Shown here one piece after another: positions 8,927 to 19,818 of a stretch of DNA of 64,000 nucleotides. Origin of the DNA: an uncultured Thermococci archaeon (lineage in GTDB: Archaea; CAYQAE01; CAYVLA01); assembly GCA_964549615.1 (NCBI GenBank), contig CAZJVP010000030.1, forward strand, positions 1 to 64,000. The letters are read 5' to 3'. Made by a program: the position numbers and the translations under genes. The notes under the pieces were generated by a model that saw nothing but the letters and a program-made list of their open reading frames with translations, did no database searches and was not told the origin of the DNA. How positions within the stretch are numbered: position 1 is the stretch's first letter; the number at the start of each line of letters is the position of its first letter.

Positions 8927-10180
8927 ATGAAAGCCGCCGGAGGGGGGCACGATGCCAGATCCTGGCTACTCCTCTCGGCCGTCCTTGCCCTGGCTTGGTC
9001 GCTCTTCTTCGGCCTTTCCTTTACAGGTATTCAGGGAGAGAAGCGGCTCGGCCTCGCCCTCCAGTTTCTGTTCGTAGGCGTGGTCGCGGTGTCGATCATG
9101 ATGCTTGCACTCGGCACGCCGACGACATCCAAGGCTGCATTTCGGTTCCTGGCAATCTGGGGCGTCTCCCTACCGTTGACCGTAACCTATCTCTCGCCCA
9201 TCGCGCACAGGGGCGCCCTCCCCCTAGCGGCCAACGCCATTTTCATCGCCCTCGCTCTCGCGTGGGCGAACTGGACCGCCGCTAGCCTTGATCGCCAGGC
9301 CATGCGCACTCGTCTATCGGCACTCGGGACGGGATGCCTCACGGCTGGCGGAGCCCTGGGGATCTGGGCCTGGGGATCTGCCACGGCTGGGGAGTGGCCC
9401 ATGGAACCGTATCTGACCTACATGTCCCAACAGCCTCTCCTCTACGCGGGCCTGTTGCTTGTGGGCATAGGGGCGATCCTCCGGATCCTTGCGACGCCCC
9501 GAGAATTGGCATGCTTGTCAGCGGTACTTCCGCGGCTGCATCGGGCCCTGCTGAGCAGGCTCAAGGGACTCGTCATCTTGGCGCTCGTTCTAGTCGTCTT
9601 TGTCGGTGTCGTCGTCCTGTGCAAGGTCTTCGCCGTGCCGTTCCCAAAGGAATTCGAGAGGGTGGACGCCACGCACGGGGCAGGGAAAAGCCTGATCAGG
9701 GCCGCAGAGAGACTCGACCTCTCGAAGTTCTTCACAGCAACAGGGAGCCAACCGCCACCTCGCTACCAAGAGCCACCTCCCTACGTGGACGGACGCATCC
9801 TGCGGCAATATGTTGCGAGATCTTGGAGATTCAGGCTCCGCGTACCCGACAATCCGGGCTTCCGTGAGAACGGGTGGCTCAGGTATGGCGCGAAAGTCGA
9901 TTTCTTCAATGGGACCGTGGCGCGCAAAGGACCGGGCCTCATGGTCGCCAGCGCCGATCTATCCACAGCAGTGAGGGCGCCAGGAGCCTACTGGTATAGG
10001 GAGGTGAACGAGACCACGATACGGGAGGGATTCGTCGTCAGGATGTCTCTTTCATACGGGGAGGTATATGCCAATCTCGGCGGGAAAGGCTTCGACCTGG
10101 ATGACCAGTACTTCATCTTCGACGAGCAGAGGCAGCTTGTCGCGATCCTAGCTCCGCTCATCCGCATCTGGCGGGCCTAG
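8927..10180 (+). CDS. Hypothetical multi-pass membrane protein with C-terminal soluble domain
   Basis: About 7 hydrophobic segments followed by a ~170-aa polar, beta-rich domain. Confidence 0.55.
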   Translation: MKAAGGGHDARSWLLLSAVLALAWSLFFGLSFTGIQGEKRLGLALQFLFVGVVAVSIMMLALGTPTTSKAAFRFLAIWGVSLPLTVTYLSPIAHRGALPLAANAIFIALALAWANWTAASLDRQAMRTRLSALGTGCLTAGGALGIWAWGSATAGEWPMEPYLTYMSQQPLLYAGLLLVGIGAILRILATPRELACLSAVLPRLHRALLSRLKGLVILALVLVVFVGVVVLCKVFAVPFPKEFERVDATHGAGKSLIRAAERLDLSKFFTATGSQPPPRYQEPPPYVDGRILRQYVARSWRFRLRVPDNPGFRENGWLRYGAKVDFFNGTVARKGPGLMVASADLSTAVRAPGAYWYREVNETTIREGFVVRMSLSYGEVYANLGGKGFDLDDQYFIFDEQRQLVAILAPLIRIWRA

Positions 10181-10273
10181 CGGCGGGCCAATAATCCAAG
10201 ACTCCAGGTCAACCAGCACAACGATGGCCGATGTCGCCGAAGACACGAACGGGCCCACGATGCAGGGATGCAG

Positions 10274-11416
10274 CTACGGCCTGAAACTGGGCATCGGGGG
10301 TAGGTCCTCTGGCCTCCGTGCCCTAGCCCGGATGAGATAGGCCTCCAGCCACCCCCTGTTCCGGTCGGGCGCCCCGACGCTCTTCACGATCTTCTCGTGG
10401 TCAAGCGAGTTGATCCTGTCGTTCGCTGCTCTCAGCGCATCCATGCAGTTCTTCAACGCCTGTTCGACCGGGATGCGCTCGGGGTTGATGTCGATGCCGA
10501 AGTAGCCCCTGTAGCCGTGCATCTTGAGCACGTAAAGCGCGGCCTCGGTCTGCTCGGGACCTATCACCCCAACGTCCAGGTCCTGGTCGTAGTTACCCAG
10601 GGGCTGGCTGTTCCAGTGGGTGTGGGCGAGCTTCCCGTACTCCATCGCGAGGCTGAAGGCATAGGGAAGATCTTCGTAGCCCATCAGCACATGGCCGACC
10701 TCCGGGTTGAGGGTCACTAGGGAATGCCCCTTCTCCAGAAGCTTGCGGTTCTCCTGCGACTTGAGCATCGACTCAACCTTCTGGGCCATTAGTATGCCCT
10801 CGGCCGTCGTTCCGTACAGGATCTTGCCCCTAGGCTCGTACGGCTTGGGTTCCTCGGCCACCCTCACCCCGGGAACCGCGTCCATGGCCTCTGCAAGTCC
10901 GGAGGCGAACCTGTCCCTGGCAGCCATGAAGTCGATTCCGAACGGGTTCTCGTAACCATCGATCCCCGGCCAGACTATAGCGAAGTCCGTGCCCAGTTCC
11001 TTGTTCAGCTCAAGGGTCCTCTTCGTCCTCTCTATGGCGGCCTGCCTGGCCTTGGGCAGGGGCGAGGAAAGCGCCCCGAACTCGAACTGCTTCTCGTAGA
11101 AGAGGTTGGGCACTATCGTGATCAGCCTTATTCCCGACGACCTTTCGAGGTCCTTGAAGAGGTCCAAGTTCGCCTCGTTAACCTCGTTCGGGTAGTGGGC
11201 CTCCAAGCCCTTGAGCCCATAGTCGGCCAGCGCCGCCGCCTTCTCTAGGCGCTGCTCCATTGTTAGGTCGTCCACGTATCTCTCGTGGAACCGCCCCCCG
11301 CCAGGCGCGAAAAACCAGACGCCTGCCGAGAACTTGAGATCCAGCTTAAACTTCTCCAAGTGCTCTATCATCTCAGCCGGAGTGCGCCTCGTCATCTGAT
11401 CCCTAAGATCGATCAT
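10274..11416 (-). CDS. Xylose isomerase-like TIM-barrel sugar isomerase
   Basis: WPGIDG, EPKPYEPRG, LNPEVGH, HTHWN, DQDL metal-binding motifs; GAGG SD before ATG 11416. Confidence 0.8.
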   Translation of the reverse strand: MIDLRDQMTRRTPAEMIEHLEKFKLDLKFSAGVWFFAPGGGRFHERYVDDLTMEQRLEKAAALADYGLKGLEAHYPNEVNEANLDLFKDLERSSGIRLITIVPNLFYEKQFEFGALSSPLPKARQAAIERTKRTLELNKELGTDFAIVWPGIDGYENPFGIDFMAARDRFASGLAEAMDAVPGVRVAEEPKPYEPRGKILYGTTAEGILMAQKVESMLKSQENRKLLEKGHSLVTLNPEVGHVLMGYEDLPYAFSLAMEYGKLAHTHWNSQPLGNYDQDLDVGVIGPEQTEAALYVLKMHGYRGYFGIDINPERIPVEQALKNCMDALRAANDRINSLDHEKIVKSVGAPDRNRGWLEAYLIRARARRPEDLPPMPSFRP

Positions 11417-11605
11417 GCGCGCAACCTCGGGCCGTGAAGCATCGTCTGGACTATTTAGATCTTCCCCGAGGCTGGCTTCCGTTCGCGATCCGGCCTGAGG
11501 AGCGGCTACCAAGCTAGATTGGACAAAAGAGTTTTCAAATGCCGGACCGACCGGAGCATGGCCGCCCGCGACTCACGTCTTTCTGGTCGGCAGGTGTTCT
11601 GAACG

Positions 11606-13051
11606 ATGCACAGGGACCTGAAGAAATTGTCGGAAGAGATCTACGAGGTTCCCCTGGGTTATAAGCCCGGAATGAAGGTGCCCGGAAGGATCTATGCAGA
11701 TGAGACCCTATTCAAACAAATCGAGGCTGGCACCATCGATCAGGTGGCCAACGTCGCCTGCCTGCCGGGCATACAGAGGTACTCGATGGCCATGCCCGAT
11801 GCTCACTTGGGTTACGGCTTCGCCATAGGCGGTGTTGCCGCGTTTGATATGGAGGAGGGGGTATTGAGTCCAGGCGGCATCGGCTACGACATCAACTGCG
11901 GGGTCAGGCTGCTCAGGACGAATCTTGATCGCTCGTCGGTGGAGCCGAAGCTGGAGGCCCTCATAGAAGCCGCCTTCAGGAATGTTCCCTCGGGCCTGGG
12001 GAGCGAAGGGAAGATCAAGCTCTCCCAAAGGGAGATCGACGAGGTCCTGGAGGAGGGCGCCGCATGGGCAGTGAGGCACGGATTCGGGTGGGAGCGCGAC
12101 CTAGAATATATGGAGGAGAAGGGAAGGCTGCCCGAAGCCGATGCGTCGCAGGTGAGCAGCAAAGCCAAGCAGCGCGGCATACCGCAGCTGGGAAGCCTCG
12201 GGTCCGGAAACCATTTCCTGGAGATACAGTACGTGGACAAGATCTACGATGAGGATGCAGCGAAAGTGATGGGCATAGACCGCGTCAACCAGGTCACGAC
12301 GATGATCCACACCGGCTCTCGAGGATGCGGCCACCAGATCTGCTCCGACTACCTGCGGGTGATGGAGTCCGCGGCGAGGAAATACGGCATATCCCTGCCG
12401 GACAGGGAGCTTGCATGTGCCCCGGTCGAGTCGCCGGAGGGACGGTCGTACTTCTCGGCGATGTGCGCGGGAGCAAACTTCGCCTGGGGAAACAGGCAGA
12501 TGATCATGCACTGGGTCCGGGAGTCGTTCGAGAAGGTCTTGGGACAGAGCGCGGAGAGCCTCGAGATGGAGCTGATCTACGATGTTGCCCACAACATCGG
12601 GAAGAAGGAGAGGCACGTCGTGGATGGCCGGAAGGTCGAGCTCTGCGTGCATCGAAAGGGTGCGACTAGGAGCTTCGGCCCCGGCAGCGAGGCGATCCCA
12701 TCCGACTACGCCAGAATAGGGCAACCGGTGATCATCCCCGGGGACATGGGGACCGCCTCCTACCTCCTGGTAGGCACCGAGAGGGCCATGGACGAGACCT
12801 TCGGCTCCACCTGCCACGGCGCTGGCAGATCGCTCAGCCGGGCCGAGGCAAAGAGGAGGTTCTACGGCGAGAAGGTGAGAAGCGATCTCAGGGCAAGAGG
12901 GATAATCGTCAGGGCGGCGAGCATGCCCGTGGTCGCCGAGGAGGCCCCCGGCGCCTACAAGGACATAGATAGGGTTGTCGAGGTCTGCCACAGGGCGGGC
13001 ATAAGCAGGAAGGTAGCTAGGCTGCGGCCTATGGCTGTGGCCAAGGGGTAA
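11606..13051 (+). CDS. rtcB: RNA-splicing ligase RtcB
   Basis: [56 protein letters not shown]; no intein. Confidence 0.97.
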   Translation: MHRDLKKLSEEIYEVPLGYKPGMKVPGRIYADETLFKQIEAGTIDQVANVACLPGIQRYSMAMPDAHLGYGFAIGGVAAFDMEEGVLSPGGIGYDINCGVRLLRTNLDRSSVEPKLEALIEAAFRNVPSGLGSEGKIKLSQREIDEVLEEGAAWAVRHGFGWERDLEYMEEKGRLPEADASQVSSKAKQRGIPQLGSLGSGNHFLEIQYVDKIYDEDAAKVMGIDRVNQVTTMIHTGSRGCGHQICSDYLRVMESAARKYGISLPDRELACAPVESPEGRSYFSAMCAGANFAWGNRQMIMHWVRESFEKVLGQSAESLEMELIYDVAHNIGKKERHVVDGRKVELCVHRKGATRSFGPGSEAIPSDYARIGQPVIIPGDMGTASYLLVGTERAMDETFGSTCHGAGRSLSRAEAKRRFYGEKVRSDLRARGIIVRAASMPVVAEEAPGAYKDIDRVVEVCHRAGISRKVARLRPMAVAKG

Positions 13052-13070
13052 GCCGCCCGGAATCTTTGAG

Positions 13071-13982
13071 GTGATGGAAGTGTTCAAGTTCGCCGTCGAC
13101 CAGGTCGAGTACGATATCTGCGGGCTTAGGATCGGGGGACAGCCAGGGGTTAACCCCACGGTGGGCATACCCAGCATCTTCTTCACCGGCCACAGCATCG
13201 TGACCGACGATAGGAAGGGCATCTTTGAGGAGAAGAAGGCCGAGAAGCTCGTCAACGAACTCGAGGTGCTGAAGGATCAGACGGGCATACCCTACATGTT
13301 GGACGTCGTCGGCAACTACCCCGAAGCCCTGCGGAGGTACGTCGATTGGGTGGCCGATAAGACCGAGGTTCCCTTCCTTTTGGATGGGATCACTGCATCC
13401 GTCAGGGTTCCGGTTGCCAAGCACTGCTCGGAAGTTGGCCTGGCGAAGAGGGCCATCTACAACTCCATCTCGCCCGACCACACGGAGGAGGAGGTCAAGG
13501 CCCTCAGCGAGCTGGATCTCGAGGCGTGCGTGCTGCTGACTTTCGATAAGCGGGTCATGTCCGCGGCCGGCAGGCTCGACGTCCTGGAAAAGGATCTGCT
13601 TCCCCTAGCGAAGAGGATCGGCTTCAAGAAGTTCCTGGTCGACACCATGGTTCTGGACGTACCGAGCATTGGGACGGCGAGCAAGGCATGCTACATGGTC
13701 AAAGAACGGTTCGGCCTGCCGGTCGGCTGCGGAGCCAGCAACGCGACCACCCAGTGGGAGAAGGTGAGGTCGGATCGCGATGTCTACAGGTCGGCCCACA
13801 TTGCCTCAACGATCACATCGGTGGTGCTGGGAGCAGACTTCGTCATGTACGGCCCGGTGGGCTACGCACCGTGGGTGACGTGGGCGATCGCCGCGGTGGA
13901 TGCGTTCGCTGCCTACCAGAACAGGTGGGAGTATAACACCAGGGCGTCGCCCGGCCATCCTCTGACCAAGATCTTCAGATAG
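13071..13982 (+). CDS. mtrH: MtrH-family methyl-pterin:corrinoid methyltransferase (stand-alone)
   Basis: FKF..DQ...DICG.RIGGQPG.NPTV...SIF..GH.IV.D..KGIF, AIYNSI, FGLPVGCG..NA, GADFVMYGP, C-terminal HPL.KIF. Confidence 0.88.
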   Translation: MMEVFKFAVDQVEYDICGLRIGGQPGVNPTVGIPSIFFTGHSIVTDDRKGIFEEKKAEKLVNELEVLKDQTGIPYMLDVVGNYPEALRRYVDWVADKTEVPFLLDGITASVRVPVAKHCSEVGLAKRAIYNSISPDHTEEEVKALSELDLEACVLLTFDKRVMSAAGRLDVLEKDLLPLAKRIGFKKFLVDTMVLDVPSIGTASKACYMVKERFGLPVGCGASNATTQWEKVRSDRDVYRSAHIASTITSVVLGADFVMYGPVGYAPWVTWAIAAVDAFAAYQNRWEYNTRASPGHPLTKIFR

Positions 13983-13996
13983 GAGTTCGCTGGGAG

Positions 13997-14812
13997 GTGG
14001 CGAGCTTGGATCAAAAGGCGGGGTTCGGAGACAGGGATATTGGCATATACTATTGGGCGAAAGGAAGGAAGCTTGCGCAGATCTCCATGATCCTCAAGGA
14101 CGTGCCGGGTGCCCAGAGCAGGGTTCTGTCCATTCTCGCCGAGCACGGGATCGACCTGAAGCTCGGTTGGTTTGACACCACGGAGCGCGGGGTGAAGGGC
14201 AGGTACAGCGCGTTCGTGGACGTCACAGGGTCGGACGCCGACGTCAAGCAGATCCGCGAAGAGATCATGGCGACCAAGCTCGTCTATCAGATGGAAATCC
14301 AGACGGCCAAGGATGTCATCTTCGATGCTCACTTCAGGGGGCTACGCATGACCGATCGCGACATCTTCCCCATCGGCCTGAGCGAGTGGTCGGAGATGAA
14401 ACGCAACGTCAACCCAAAGGTGCTCAGGAACATGGGACGATCGGTTGGCGAGGTCATCGTGGACTACTGGCTCGACGTCATAGGCGACCTGAGCAACAGC
14501 CTTTCGCTCTGGGAGCGAATACTGGAGTCAAGATCGATAGGGGATCGCGTGACGATAGACGTCAGCAAGGGGTTGGTGGTGATCGAGAACTGCTTCGCCT
14601 CCCGGGAATACCGGGCCGGCCGGCCGTCCTGCTACGAGGTGTGCGGCATACTGGAGGCTATACTCTCCCACATCCTGGTGGAGAAGGTGAAGGTCGAGGA
14701 AGTCGAGTGCCTCGCCAATTACCAGCAGAGATGCGTTTTCAAGATGGATCTAACCTCGACCAAGAAACTGAGGGAATTCGAGAAGATAAGTGAAAGGCTG
14801 GATAGCCTGTAG
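13997..14812 (+). CDS. ACT + V4R domain protein
   Basis: N-terminal ACT-like KDVPGAQSRVLSILAEHGIDL; C-terminal V4R ENCF...SC...GIL...VEEVECLA....CVF. Confidence 0.75.
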   Translation: MASLDQKAGFGDRDIGIYYWAKGRKLAQISMILKDVPGAQSRVLSILAEHGIDLKLGWFDTTERGVKGRYSAFVDVTGSDADVKQIREEIMATKLVYQMEIQTAKDVIFDAHFRGLRMTDRDIFPIGLSEWSEMKRNVNPKVLRNMGRSVGEVIVDYWLDVIGDLSNSLSLWERILESRSIGDRVTIDVSKGLVVIENCFASREYRAGRPSCYEVCGILEAILSHILVEKVKVEEVECLANYQQRCVFKMDLTSTKKLREFEKISERLDSL

Positions 14813-14817
14813 GTGAG

Positions 14818-16116
14818 ATGATGCGCACCATCAACATAGGCATGGTGGGCCTGGGCACGGTGGGGGGCGCCACATACTCGATCCTTCAGGGCCAAAAGAA
14901 ACGACTGGAGTCAAGGATAGGGGCAGGCCTTGAGGTCAGGAAGGTGGCGGACAAGAGGCCCGAGACGAGGGCGAAGTTCGACGTCCCGAGAACCGTCTTC
15001 ACCACGGACGCGCAGGACGTCCTTGACGATGAACGGATAGACATAGTCGTCGAGCTCATCGGAGGGCTTGAGCCGGCAAGATCCTTCATGATGAAGGCGC
15101 TCGAATCCGGCAAGACGGTGGTGACGGCTAACAAGGAGGTGCTGGCTCGAAGCGGGGCCGAACTCGTCGCCCTTGCCCGCCGGAACGGCGTGGGGCTCTA
15201 CTTTGAGGCTTCCGTTTGCGCCGGCGTTCCCCTCCTGCGCGGCATACATCAGGGGCTTGCCGGAAACAATATCTCGGAGATCTACGGGATCGTGAACGGA
15301 ACCACGAACTACATCCTGAGCAAGATGAGCTTGGAGGGCATGGAATTCAGCGAAGCGCTCAGTAAAGCGACCAAGATGGGATACGCAGAGGCCGACCCGT
15401 CCTACGACATCGACGGGCTGGATGCGGCCCACAAGATCGCCATCCTAGCGTCCATAGCATTCGGCAAGTGGGTTACCGTCGACATGGTCTTCAAAGAGGG
15501 GATAAGGCACGTTGCCCAGAGGGACATAGGGTACGCTAGGGAACTGGGCTACGCCATCAAGCTCCTCGCCATCGGGAAGAAGACGGCCAAGGGCCTAGAG
15601 GTCAGGGTACACCCGACCCTGATACCCAAGGACCATCTGCTCGCCTCGGTCATCGACATATACAACGCAGTCTTCGTCAACACCGATTGCGCCGGGCCGA
15701 CGGTCTTCTACGGCACGGGCGCCGGAGGCCCAAGCGCGGCGAGCGCGGTCGTTGCGGACATACTCGACGCGTCAAGGTCCATCCTCTCCAACTCGAGGAT
15801 GGGCTTTGAGAGCGGACTTGGGATCGAGGCCACGAACGACGTCGTCGATATAGGAAGCCTCGTGACGAAGTACTACATCAGGCTCAGGGTCATCGACAGG
15901 CCGGGTGCCCTAGCAAGCATAGCCGGCGTCTTCGGCCAGGAGAAGATAAGCCTTGCAAGCGTGCGGCAGACGGAGGAGCGGAAGAAGGTGGTTGACCTGG
16001 TCTTCATGACCCACGAGGCCCTTGAGAGCAACGTGAGGAAGGCCTTGGCGCGCATAGCCGATCTCGAGGTCGTAAAGGAGGTCAGCTCTTGCATGAGGGT
16101 CGAGGACCGGATTTGA
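14818..16116 (+). CDS. hom: Homoserine dehydrogenase with C-terminal ACT domain
   Basis: [54 protein letters not shown]. Confidence 0.95.
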   Translation: MMRTINIGMVGLGTVGGATYSILQGQKKRLESRIGAGLEVRKVADKRPETRAKFDVPRTVFTTDAQDVLDDERIDIVVELIGGLEPARSFMMKALESGKTVVTANKEVLARSGAELVALARRNGVGLYFEASVCAGVPLLRGIHQGLAGNNISEIYGIVNGTTNYILSKMSLEGMEFSEALSKATKMGYAEADPSYDIDGLDAAHKIAILASIAFGKWVTVDMVFKEGIRHVAQRDIGYARELGYAIKLLAIGKKTAKGLEVRVHPTLIPKDHLLASVIDIYNAVFVNTDCAGPTVFYGTGAGGPSAASAVVADILDASRSILSNSRMGFESGLGIEATNDVVDIGSLVTKYYIRLRVIDRPGALASIAGVFGQEKISLASVRQTEERKKVVDLVFMTHEALESNVRKALARIADLEVVKEVSSCMRVEDRI

Positions 16117-17207
16117 AGGGGACCTGGGCGGGCGTCATAAGGGCCTACTCTAGCTTCCTTCCCGTCACCGATTCGACCCCAGTGATAACCCTCAACGAGG
16201 GCAACACGCCGCTTGTTCCGTCGGTCTACCTCGGCCCCCGCGCAGGCATCGATCTTTACTTTAAACTGGAGGGGCTCAACCCGACGGGGTCATTCAAGGA
16301 CCGTGGCATGACGGTTGCGGTCTCAAAGGCGGTCGAGCAGGGCTCGGACATGGTCATGTGCGCCTCGACCGGGAATACCTCCGCGTCCGCGGCCGCCTAC
16401 GCGGCGCGGGCCGGCATCCGCTGCGCCGTGTGCATCCCGAAGGGTGCGATAGCGAAGGGGAAGCTGGCCCAGGCACTCGTGCACAATGCAACCGTGATCG
16501 CGGTCGACGGAAATTTCGACGATGCGCTCAGGATCGTGCGCGCCATCACGGACCAGTATCCCGTGACGCTGGTCAACTCCTTGAACCCATTCAGGATAGA
16601 GGGCCAGAAGACGGGGGCCTTCGAGGTGTGCGACCAGCTCGGTCGCAACCCGGATGTGCTGTGCATCCCGGTGGGAAACGCCGGCAACATAACCGCCTAC
16701 TGGAAGGGCTTCAAGGAGTACATGGCCGCCGGGAAGGTGCAAGGCCGGCCCAGGATGCTAGGGTTCCAAGCGGCAGGCGCGGCACCGATAGTCCTGGGCA
16801 GGATCGTGGAGAAACCAGAAACGATCGCGACCGCCATAAGGATCGGCAATCCCGCGAGCTGGAAACAGGCCACGGAAGCGGCCCGCGAGTCGAACGGGTC
16901 CATCACAGCGGTGACGGATGAGGAGATAACGAAGGCCTACAAGGCTCTCGCCTCCAAGGAGGGGCTTTTCGTCGAGCCGGCCTCAGCCGCATGCGTCGCA
17001 GGGGTGGCAAAGGCGTTGGAACGAGGCGAGATCGAAAGCGGGGCCACCGTGGTCTGCGTGCTGACGGGGCATGGGCTCAAGGATCCGGACATGGCGATCA
17101 CCATCATACCGGAGCCCAAGATCCTTCCTCCGAGCGTCGAGGAAGTCGCCCAATACCTTGGCCTCCGTGATCGGAGAGTCATGCATCGGGCAGCTGATGC
17201 AACCTGA
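16113..17207 (+). CDS. thrC: Threonine synthase
   Basis: [47 protein letters not shown]. Confidence 0.95.
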   Translation: MKGTWAGVIRAYSSFLPVTDSTPVITLNEGNTPLVPSVYLGPRAGIDLYFKLEGLNPTGSFKDRGMTVAVSKAVEQGSDMVMCASTGNTSASAAAYAARAGIRCAVCIPKGAIAKGKLAQALVHNATVIAVDGNFDDALRIVRAITDQYPVTLVNSLNPFRIEGQKTGAFEVCDQLGRNPDVLCIPVGNAGNITAYWKGFKEYMAAGKVQGRPRMLGFQAAGAAPIVLGRIVEKPETIATAIRIGNPASWKQATEAARESNGSITAVTDEEITKAYKALASKEGLFVEPASAACVAGVAKALERGEIESGATVVCVLTGHGLKDPDMAITIIPEPKILPPSVEEVAQYLGLRDRRVMHRAADAT

Positions 17208-18594
17208 ACTCCCGGTGGATGGACAGAACGACCCTAGCGGAGTCCTGCTTTCTGACCAAGAAGGAGATATTCATCTCCGATGAGCCCTGCGCAATCATGA
17301 TCACGCTCGCGCCAGCGTCCGCAACCGCCTTGAAGACTCGGGCTGCGACGCCCGGGGTGCCCTTCATCCCGGAACCGACGACCGACACTATCGAGACATC
17401 CTCGTCGAAGGCGATCTCCCTTACGGCTGCATCGCCCCTGAAGGCGGAAGAGAGAATCCTGCGGCAGGCAGGTATGTCCGACAGCTTGACGGCTATGGTT
17501 ATGTTGGTCTCCGAGGAGCTCTGGGAGATCATCATCACGTTCACCTTCCCCCTCGCGAGCGACTTGAAAACCTTGGCCGCGACGCCGGGCAGGCCGACCA
17601 TGCCGGTGCCCGAAACCGATATCAGGCCGACGTCGTCCATGCTGGTCACGGCTTTGACAGCGCCCGGGACCTGCGTCGTCCCGTTGCTGATGAGGGTCCC
17701 GCTTCGGTCTGGGGCCGTTGCGTCCTTCACCCTGATCGATATCCCAGCCTGCATCGCAGGCCCCATGGTCCTAGGGTGGAGGACCTTCGCGCCGAAGTAG
17801 GCGAGCTCGGCAGCCTCCGCGTAGGAGATGAAGGGTATCGTCTTTGCCTCGCTCACGACCTTTGGATTGGCGGTCATTATGCCTCCTACGTCCTTCCATA
17901 TCCAGATCTCGTCGACCCCAAGGCATGCACCAAGGATGGATGCCGTATAATCCGACCCACCCCTGCCGAGGGTCGTGATCGCGCCGGACTCGTCCTGGGC
18001 AGCGAACCCGGTTACGACCGGGGTGATGCCCTCTGAAATGAGGGACTCCAAGCGGCTCTTGATGGTGGTCCTGCAGACATCCATCTTCGGCATGGCATCC
18101 CCGAAGTTGGAGTCGGTCACTATCCCTGCCTCGCCGCCGGTCAGGTCAACGGCTCGAACGCCCAAAGACGACAATGCGGCGGCAAAGATGGGGGTTGAGA
18201 GGCGCTCGCCCATCGACGCTATCCTGTCCATCGTCCTAGCCGAAGCATCCTTCCCAGCGATGTGCGCAAGATCCGTCTTCAGGAGCGCAACGAGACTCCT
18301 CAGCTTCGACGAGATCTCCTTCGCACCCGGATCCGCTACCTCCCTTGCCACTGAGATGTGATCCTCCAGAAGGCGATCGCAGAACTGGTCGATCACCGCT
18401 CGCGCGTCAGATCGCTTGGCCGTTTCGAGATCCTTCGCCACCTTGAGGAGTCGGTCAGTAATGCCCGAGAGGGCCGAGGTGACGACAACGACCTGGTCGC
18501 CGCGCTCCACCTGCCTCTTCACCAGTCGCGCGCACTGCTTGATGCTGTCCGCCGAATTGAGCAACCCGCCACCAAACTTCATGGTCAACTTCAT
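17179..18594 (-). CDS. lysC: Aspartate kinase with two ACT domains
   Basis: [45 protein letters not shown]. Confidence 0.93.
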   Translation of the reverse strand: MKLTMKFGGGLLNSADSIKQCARLVKRQVERGDQVVVVTSALSGITDRLLKVAKDLETAKRSDARAVIDQFCDRLLEDHISVAREVADPGAKEISSKLRSLVALLKTDLAHIAGKDASARTMDRIASMGERLSTPIFAAALSSLGVRAVDLTGGEAGIVTDSNFGDAMPKMDVCRTTIKSRLESLISEGITPVVTGFAAQDESGAITTLGRGGSDYTASILGACLGVDEIWIWKDVGGIMTANPKVVSEAKTIPFISYAEAAELAYFGAKVLHPRTMGPAMQAGISIRVKDATAPDRSGTLISNGTTQVPGAVKAVTSMDDVGLISVSGTGMVGLPGVAAKVFKSLARGKVNVMMISQSSSETNITIAVKLSDIPACRRILSSAFRGDAAVREIAFDEDVSIVSVVGSGMKGTPGVAARVFKAVADAGASVIMIAQGSSEMNISFLVRKQDSARVVLSIHREFRLHQLPDA

Positions 18595-19817
18595 TCTTTT
18601 CCCTCCAGTTCACGCAGCTCTTCCTGGAGCGCTGGCAGGAAGACGCCTACGTCCGATACGACGCCAAGCACCTGGGCCGACCCCCGATCCAGAAGTTTGG
18701 TGACGGCCGACGTGCTGATGTCCACACAAACCGTCCTGACCGCGGATGGCAGGAGGTTGCCGACGGCGATGGAATGGAGCATCGTAGCGAACATCATCAC
18801 CATCTCGGCTCCCCTGAGTGCCTCCCTCATCCTCTTCTGGGCCTCCATCACGTCCGTCACCACATCGGGCAGGGGGCCGTCATCCCTTATGGAGCCCGCC
18901 AGTACGAATGGCACGTTGTTCCTGACGCATTCGTACATTATGCCGCTCTTCAGGACCCCGGCCTCCACGCAGGCTCGAAGGCTTCCATGCTTTCTGACCT
19001 CGTTTATGGCCATAAGGTGGTGGCTGTGGCCTCCCTTGTGTCTCTCCGCAGTCGAGATGTCGGTGCCAAGCGAGGTCCCGAAAAGCGCACACTCGACATC
19101 GTGGGCCGCCAGCGCATTCCCGGCCAAGAGACAGCCGACGAACCCACGCCTTATCATCCAGGCTAGGGAGGGTGCCGCGCCGGTGTGCACGACCGCCGGT
19201 CCGGCAACGACGACGACCTTTGCATTACGGCTGCGCAGCTCGTAGATATCCCGGGCTAAGCGCGAGACAACGGTGGCCACGGGCTTCTCCGAACTGGCGG
19301 TGCTCGTCATGAACTCGAATATGCCCGTCGACTGCCTCGGACGCTCGGGCGGTATGACCCTGACCCCCTGGTTCCCGACCACAACCCGATCGCCCTTCTT
19401 GACGTCCGACATGGGCACGCACATGGCCTTCCCGTCCTTGAGGACTATGGCACAGTCCATCTCTATGTCGGAAGCCTCCACCCACCGGCCGCCGAGGTTG
19501 ACGAAGGTCGCGTGGTTGGTCGTCGAGTAGAACCCTGACGGCAAGACACCGTCGCGGGGAGCTGGCTCGGTCCTCACGGGTTCCATCTCCGGCAGCGCGG
19601 CACCGAGTTCCCTCAGCTCGCTCAGCAGTCTGTCAAGATGCTTCCGATCCCTTCCCTTGATCAGCATCCTGACGAATGATCTCTCCGTCTTCTTCTTGCC
19701 GACGTTGAACTCCAGGAACTCGAAGTCCCCGTCAAGGTCCATGATAAGGTCCAATGCCTTGGGAAGGATCCAGCTATCGATTATGTGGCCTTCTAGGACG
19801 ATCTCCTTGACCTCCAT
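18591..19817 (-). CDS. TIGR00300-family LOR/SDH protein (archaeal ornithine cyclodeaminase type)
   Basis: LEGHIIDS, FYSTTNH, MDCAIV, GPAVVHTG, GNALAAHD, LAGSIRDDGPLPD, LHSIAVGN. Confidence 0.88.
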   Translation of the reverse strand: MEVKEIVLEGHIIDSWILPKALDLIMDLDGDFEFLEFNVGKKKTERSFVRMLIKGRDRKHLDRLLSELRELGAALPEMEPVRTEPAPRDGVLPSGFYSTTNHATFVNLGGRWVEASDIEMDCAIVLKDGKAMCVPMSDVKKGDRVVVGNQGVRVIPPERPRQSTGIFEFMTSTASSEKPVATVVSRLARDIYELRSRNAKVVVVAGPAVVHTGAAPSLAWMIRRGFVGCLLAGNALAAHDVECALFGTSLGTDISTAERHKGGHSHHLMAINEVRKHGSLRACVEAGVLKSGIMYECVRNNVPFVLAGSIRDDGPLPDVVTDVMEAQKRMREALRGAEMVMMFATMLHSIAVGNLLPSAVRTVCVDISTSAVTKLLDRGSAQVLGVVSDVGVFLPALQEELRELEGKE

Positions 19818-19818
19818 T

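Noticed and set aside
13071-13982. Methanogenesis inferred from mtrH
   Set aside because: No mtrA-G or mcr genes in the window, and stand-alone MtrH homologs occur in non-methanogens.
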